A program made the translations under genes and the position numbers. A stretch of 64,000 nt of DNA. Origin: Minisyncoccota bacterium. Lineage in GTDB: Bacteria > Patescibacteriota > Minisyncoccia > Phycocordibacterales > UBA6065. Positions 57,978 through 64,000 of this stretch are shown here, one piece after another. Below the pieces are notes generated by a model. The model saw only the letters and a list, made by a program, of their open reading frames with translations, was not told where the DNA came from and made no database searches. Location of the stretch: the NCBI GenBank assembly GCA_036400935.1, contig DASWWW010000003.1, forward strand, positions 101,083-165,082, given 5' to 3'. Position 1 is the first letter of the stretch. Each line of letters opens with the position of its first letter.

Positions 57978-58006
57978 AAAAGCTCCGCCTTTAGGGCGGA
58001 GCTTTT
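57978..58006. terminator. Bidirectional terminator between the membrane-protein gene and rnpB
   Basis: aaaagctccgcc-tttag-ggcggagctttt. Confidence 0.82.
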
Positions 58007-58011
58007 CATTT

Positions 58012-58344
58012 GCTTGTACCGATAAGCCGAATTCTGTTGCCTTGCGGCATGGCGGTCATTTATCTGGGATCGCCGTCGCCGGCGACCTCGAGCGGCACTT
58101 CATCCGGGTTTGACCCGGGATGACACGGCCTTGCACATACGTAAGGATTTTGCCGTTGCACCTTCATGTCTCCATGAAGCTTATCCCGAAGGATACCGAG
58201 CCCTTTCGGGCTCCGGCGTCTCTGTTCGCACCTCTGGAATTGCTTCCGACGGGCGTTACCCGCTACGATCCTCCGCATTGCTGCGGATGTGTTCGGACTT
58301 TCCTCCCCAAGGCCGAAGCCGTGGAGCGACTGCCTGGTACAGGC
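58012..58344 (-). ncRNA. rnpB: RNase P RNA
   Basis: Minus strand has GAGGAAAGTCCGAAC (CR-I) and ACAGAATTCGGCTTATC (CR-V); P1 ends gcctgtacc / ggtacaagc. Confidence 0.93.
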
Positions 58345-58440
58345 AACCTATTTCTACGCTATTTTGGGGATAAAATCCAGTCGGGGAGCGCGATCGTTTT
58401 CTGATATACTGTCTCCATTACTTATTAAGCGAGCACCACG

Positions 58441-60771
58441 ATGTCATCACACACTAGCGGCCTGGACAGGGCGGCCTTTATCATCCTTCAGGCAATGCTT
58501 TTCCTTGCGCCGATATTCTTTATCCCGTCGCTCGCGGTGCCTCTGCAGGCGGGCAAGGCCGCATTCATCCTCTATGGTGTTATCGCGGCGTTCATCATAT
58601 GGGCCGTAGCTCGATTGAAAGATGGCGTGTTCGAGGCTCCTCGATCACTCTTCTACGCATCGGCCGGCGTTCTCGCTATCGCTTACACCGCTTCGGCGAT
58701 CTTTTCCGCTAACCAGGGCGTCTCCTTGGCGGGCAGCGGATTCGAGCTGGGTACCCTCTCGTTCTTCCTGCCTTCGCTCGTGCTCTTTGCCCTCGTGCCG
58801 CTCGTGACGAGGTCAAAGGAGCAGGTCTTCTATTCCTACGCGACGCTCCTTGGCTCGTTCTTCCTGGTCGCGCTGTTCCACCTTGTCCGATTCGTATTCG
58901 GCGCGGATGCTCTCTCGTTCGGCGTTTTCACTTCGGCGACGTCGAACATGATCGGCAAGTGGAACGATCTCGGCATCTTCTTCGGCCTTACGACGCTGCT
59001 CTCGCTCATTACTCTCGAGAGGGCCACGCTTACCAGGCTTTTCCGGTCGCTCGTATACGTCTGCTTTGTGCTCTCGCTCGCCATGCTCGTCGTGGTCAAC
59101 TTCTCGCCGGTCTGGATCTCGCTCGCGGCGCTCTCGCTCATCTTCTTCGTCTACAAGCTATCTTTCGACAAGGAAGAAGGGCAGCTCGGCGCGCGCATCC
59201 CGTATCACGCCCTGGCGGTGCTCATCCTTTCTGTGCTCTTTATCTTTGCCGGGTCAAAGATCAGCGGCCTCATTTCGGATCAGCTCGGCACGTCGCAGGT
59301 CGAGGTTCGCCCGTCATGGTCGGCGACTATGGATGTCGCCCAGTCGTCGCTCTCTTCGAATCCCGTATTCGGCGTCGGCACGAACCGCTTCGTCTCGGAG
59401 TGGCTCATGCACAAGCCTGAAGGCATAAACTCCTCGCTCTTCTGGAACGTCGACTTCAATTACGGCATCGGATTCATCCCGAGCTTTATAGTGACTACAG
59501 GCCTCGTCGGAACTATCGCTATCGTGCTTTTCTTGGGCCTCTTCATCGCATTGGCCCTAAAGGCCCTCCTCCGACCGAGCGCGTCTCACTTTACTCGCTA
59601 TCTCGTTCTCTCCTCGCTGTTCGCGAGCGCATATCTCTGGATTTTCTCGGTGATCTACGTGCCTTCGGCGGCTGTCTGGGTACTCACGCTCTTCCTTTCC
59701 GGCCTCTTCATCGCGGCTGCGCGCGAGGATAAGATCGTGGGCGTAAAGAGCCTCTCGGTGCTTCACAAGCCTGCGGCTAGCTTCGTATCGGTATTGCTTA
59801 CCATTCTTGCCCTCATCGGCGCGGTGTCGTTCGCGTACTTCGTGACCGTAAAGGTCCTTGCCGGCGTCTATTTCCAGAAGAGCGTCATCGCGGTCAACGC
59901 GTCGGGCGACCTCGCGAAGGGCGAGAAGGGAATCATGCAGGCGATTACCCTCGCTCCTAACGATGCGTACTACCAGTCGCTCTCCGAGCTCTACCTCGTA
60001 AAGATCAACAATCTCTTCCAGGATACGAAGATCGCGCAGTCGGAGGCGCAGACCCAGTTTCAGCAGCTCCTTGGCGTAGCCATCCAGTCTGCTCAGGCGG
60101 CTGTGGCGTACGATCCGACCAACTACCAGAACCATCTCGCTCTCGGCAGGATATTCGAGGCAATCGTTCCTCTCGAGATCGAGGGGGCATACGACAGCGC
60201 AAAGAAGGCGTACGAGGCCGCTCTTGCCGTTAACCCTACAAGCCCTGAGATCTACCTCGTCCTCGCCCGATTGGAGGTTGCCAAGAAGGACAACAAGGCA
60301 GCCAAGGACTACATCGCGAAGGCGCTCGAGAAGAAGAATGACTACGCAGACGCGATCTTCCTCCTTTCTCAGATCCAGATCTCTGAGAACGACGTCGCGA
60401 ACGCTATCAACTCCGTCTCGGCCGTAGCAACCCTCTATCCGAACGATTCGGGCATCTTCTTCCAGCTCGGCATCCTCTATTACAACCAGAAGAACTACCG
60501 CAACGCCGTCGTCGCTCTCGAAAGGGCGGTCACCCTCAATCCTCAGTACGCGAATGCAAAGTACTTCCTCGGCCTGAGCTACTACGAGAACAAGGATTCG
60601 GCCCGCGCCCTCCAGCAGTTCAAGGAGCTCGAGCAGACAAATCCCGAGAACGAGGATATCAAGGCCATCATCGCAAACCTCGAGGCGGGCAAGGCGCCGA
60701 TTCCGGCATCGACCAATCCCGTAAAGACGGACTTGCCGATCAAGGAGGCATCGACGAAGGAGACGATATAA
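58441..60771 (+). CDS. O-antigen-ligase-like multi-TM protein with C-terminal TPR repeats
   Basis: Many TM helices; NPVFGVG..RF; several TPRs (AV.LNPQYANAKYFLGL). Confidence 0.8.
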   Translation: MSSHTSGLDRAAFIILQAMLFLAPIFFIPSLAVPLQAGKAAFILYGVIAAFIIWAVARLKDGVFEAPRSLFYASAGVLAIAYTASAIFSANQGVSLAGSGFELGTLSFFLPSLVLFALVPLVTRSKEQVFYSYATLLGSFFLVALFHLVRFVFGADALSFGVFTSATSNMIGKWNDLGIFFGLTTLLSLITLERATLTRLFRSLVYVCFVLSLAMLVVVNFSPVWISLAALSLIFFVYKLSFDKEEGQLGARIPYHALAVLILSVLFIFAGSKISGLISDQLGTSQVEVRPSWSATMDVAQSSLSSNPVFGVGTNRFVSEWLMHKPEGINSSLFWNVDFNYGIGFIPSFIVTTGLVGTIAIVLFLGLFIALALKALLRPSASHFTRYLVLSSLFASAYLWIFSVIYVPSAAVWVLTLFLSGLFIAAAREDKIVGVKSLSVLHKPAASFVSVLLTILALIGAVSFAYFVTVKVLAGVYFQKSVIAVNASGDLAKGEKGIMQAITLAPNDAYYQSLSELYLVKINNLFQDTKIAQSEAQTQFQQLLGVAIQSAQAAVAYDPTNYQNHLALGRIFEAIVPLEIEGAYDSAKKAYEAALAVNPTSPEIYLVLARLEVAKKDNKAAKDYIAKALEKKNDYADAIFLLSQIQISENDVANAINSVSAVATLYPNDSGIFFQLGILYYNQKNYRNAVVALERAVTLNPQYANAKYFLGLSYYENKDSARALQQFKELEQTNPENEDIKAIIANLEAGKAPIPASTNPVKTDLPIKEASTKETI

Positions 60772-60787
60772 CCGGCAGGGCTAGGGC

Positions 60788-62467
60788 ATGGTCAAAAAAA
60801 TACTATCATTCGTAGGCAAAGAGATAAGCGGGCTCCATGAAGCCGCTTATCTTTTGGCTTTATCGTCGATAGCGTCGCTCATATTCGCCCTTGTCCGCGA
60901 CAGGCTTCTCGCGCACATGCTTGGAGCTGGCCCGGAGCTCGACGTCTATTATGCGGCGTTCCGCGTGCCGGATTTCATCTTTATCGCTGTGGCGTCGCTC
61001 GTGTCGACGTCGATCCTCGTGCCGTTCCTTATCGAGTCGAGGCAGAAAGGGGAGTCTGAGCTCAAGGAGTCTATCCAGGGCCTTTTCTCGGCGTTCTCGC
61101 TGCTTATACTCGTCGTCTGCGCTGTCGCGTTCGCATTCATGGAACCTATCCAGAGGATGCTGTTCCCAAGGCTCTTTGAGGCGGGGCTAGGAGGCGAGCT
61201 TGTCCACGTCTCTCGCATACTGCTCCTGTCTCCGGCCCTGCTCGGCCTCTCGAACTTCTTCGCATCGATCACGCAGATTCAGAACAGGTTCATGGTCTAC
61301 GCGCTCTCTTCGCCGCTCTATAACGTAGGCATCATCCTTGGCATCGTCTTCCTCTTGCCGTCGATGGGCATTACGGGCATTGCCATGGGCGTTGTATTCG
61401 GCGCTTTGATGCTCTCGCTCACGCAGATCCCTCTCGTCATCCGCGACGGCCTGTTCCCGCGATTCACGTGGCGCTGCAATTGGTCTCACGTAAAGAAGGT
61501 TGCCCGGCTGTCCGTGCCCCGCACCGTGACGATGTCGTCGCAGCAGCTGACGAATCTCGCGCTCATATCGTTCGCATCATTTCTGGGCGCGGGATCGATC
61601 TCGATCTTCAATCTCTCGCAGAACCTGCAGTCGGTGCCTCTCTCTATTATCGGCGTAAGCTATTCGTCCGCCATTTTCCCGATGCTTGCGCGATTGATGG
61701 GCGAGGGCAGGAGGGACGTATTCGTAGGCAAGATGATCTCGGCCGCGCAACATGTAATATTCTGGTCAGTACCGCTGTCCGTGCTCTTTATCGTCTTGCG
61801 CGCGCAGATCGTTCGTACCGTGCTCGGCTCCGGAGAGTTCACCTGGTCTGATACGAGGATCACCGCGGCGGCACTTGCTCTCTTCGTGGTTTCTACCGTG
61901 GGCCAGAGCCTTATCTTGCTCTTTGTCCGCTCGTTCTATGCCGAGGGAAAGACGGCGAAGCCCCTCCTCATGAACGTCTCGTCGATGATCGTGACCGTGG
62001 CGCTCGGCTTCGGCCTCACAAAGCTCTTCCACGCCGTGCCGGCATTCCGATATTTCGTCGAGTCGATCCTGCGCGTTGAGGGATCGGCCGATACCACGGT
62101 CCTCATGCTGCCTTTGGCGTTCTCTTTGGGCATATTTCTCAATCTGTTCCTTCACTGGAGGGCTTTTGCTCGGGAATTCCCTGGATTCACGTATCCTGTG
62201 CTCAAGACGACATTCCATTCGCTCAGCGCTTCGATAATCGGAGGCTTTGCCGCATACAAATCGCTTCGCGTATTCGACGATGTGTTCGATCTTGCGACCG
62301 TTCATGGAATCTTCCTGCAGGGTCTGTGCGCAGGTATCGTGGGCATAATCGCCATAGTCATCGTACTCGCTATCGTGCGCAGCAAGGAGCTCAAGGACGT
62401 CTGGGGCGCATTGCATCAGAAAGTGTGGAAGGTGGATAGGGCATCTCTCGACAAGCTTCCTTTGTAG
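60788..62467 (+). CDS. murJ: Lipid II flippase MurJ/MviN
   Basis: LVRDRLLA..LGAG.ELDVYYAAFRVPD; YNVGII; RSFYA.G.T.KP. Confidence 0.9.
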   Translation: MVKKILSFVGKEISGLHEAAYLLALSSIASLIFALVRDRLLAHMLGAGPELDVYYAAFRVPDFIFIAVASLVSTSILVPFLIESRQKGESELKESIQGLFSAFSLLILVVCAVAFAFMEPIQRMLFPRLFEAGLGGELVHVSRILLLSPALLGLSNFFASITQIQNRFMVYALSSPLYNVGIILGIVFLLPSMGITGIAMGVVFGALMLSLTQIPLVIRDGLFPRFTWRCNWSHVKKVARLSVPRTVTMSSQQLTNLALISFASFLGAGSISIFNLSQNLQSVPLSIIGVSYSSAIFPMLARLMGEGRRDVFVGKMISAAQHVIFWSVPLSVLFIVLRAQIVRTVLGSGEFTWSDTRITAAALALFVVSTVGQSLILLFVRSFYAEGKTAKPLLMNVSSMIVTVALGFGLTKLFHAVPAFRYFVESILRVEGSADTTVLMLPLAFSLGIFLNLFLHWRAFAREFPGFTYPVLKTTFHSLSASIIGGFAAYKSLRVFDDVFDLATVHGIFLQGLCAGIVGIIAIVIVLAIVRSKELKDVWGALHQKVWKVDRASLDKLPL

Positions 62468-62535
62468 TGGGCAAGAGGCCAAAATAGGGCCAAAACTGGC
62501 GTTTTTACGGCAAATGTGGTATTTTGAGCTGACCT

Positions 62536-64000
<1,465 letters not shown>

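Noticed and set aside
58060-58609. Short ORFs between the membrane-protein gene and the TPR gene
   Set aside because: They overlap the RNase P RNA gene, which explains the region.

Overview
A 64-kb, gene-dense bacterial chromosomal segment. Its gene content and promoter style suggest a Patescibacteria/CPR (Parcubacteria-like) genome; this is inference, not a database result. Layout: (1) 1-16.7 kb, surface-glycan locus with GT4/GT2 glycosyltransferases, AsnB, SAM/FkbM methyltransferases, an MBOAT plus SGNH-like O-acylation pair, a Wzx flippase and an O-antigen-ligase/TPR protein. (2) 16.7-37 kb, housekeeping genes (murB, secA, dedA, gpmI, eno, obgE, gatB, nrdAB) interspersed with stand-alone orphan transcription units, most with near-consensus sigma70 promoters and structured leaders; NrdB has class Ic (Mn/Fe) signature residues. 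(3) 37-57 kb, the most striking feature: one LivHMGF-type ABC transporter dispersed among 10 divergent solute-binding-protein (SBP) genes, 6 of them paired head-to-head with their own TrmB-family regulator, with a recurring TGTCA-N7-TGACA palindrome at several regulator promoters. (4) 57-64 kb, rnpB, a second ligase-like/TPR membrane protein, murJ and a partial lepA. No CRISPR array, rRNA, tRNA, transposase or integrase was recognised.
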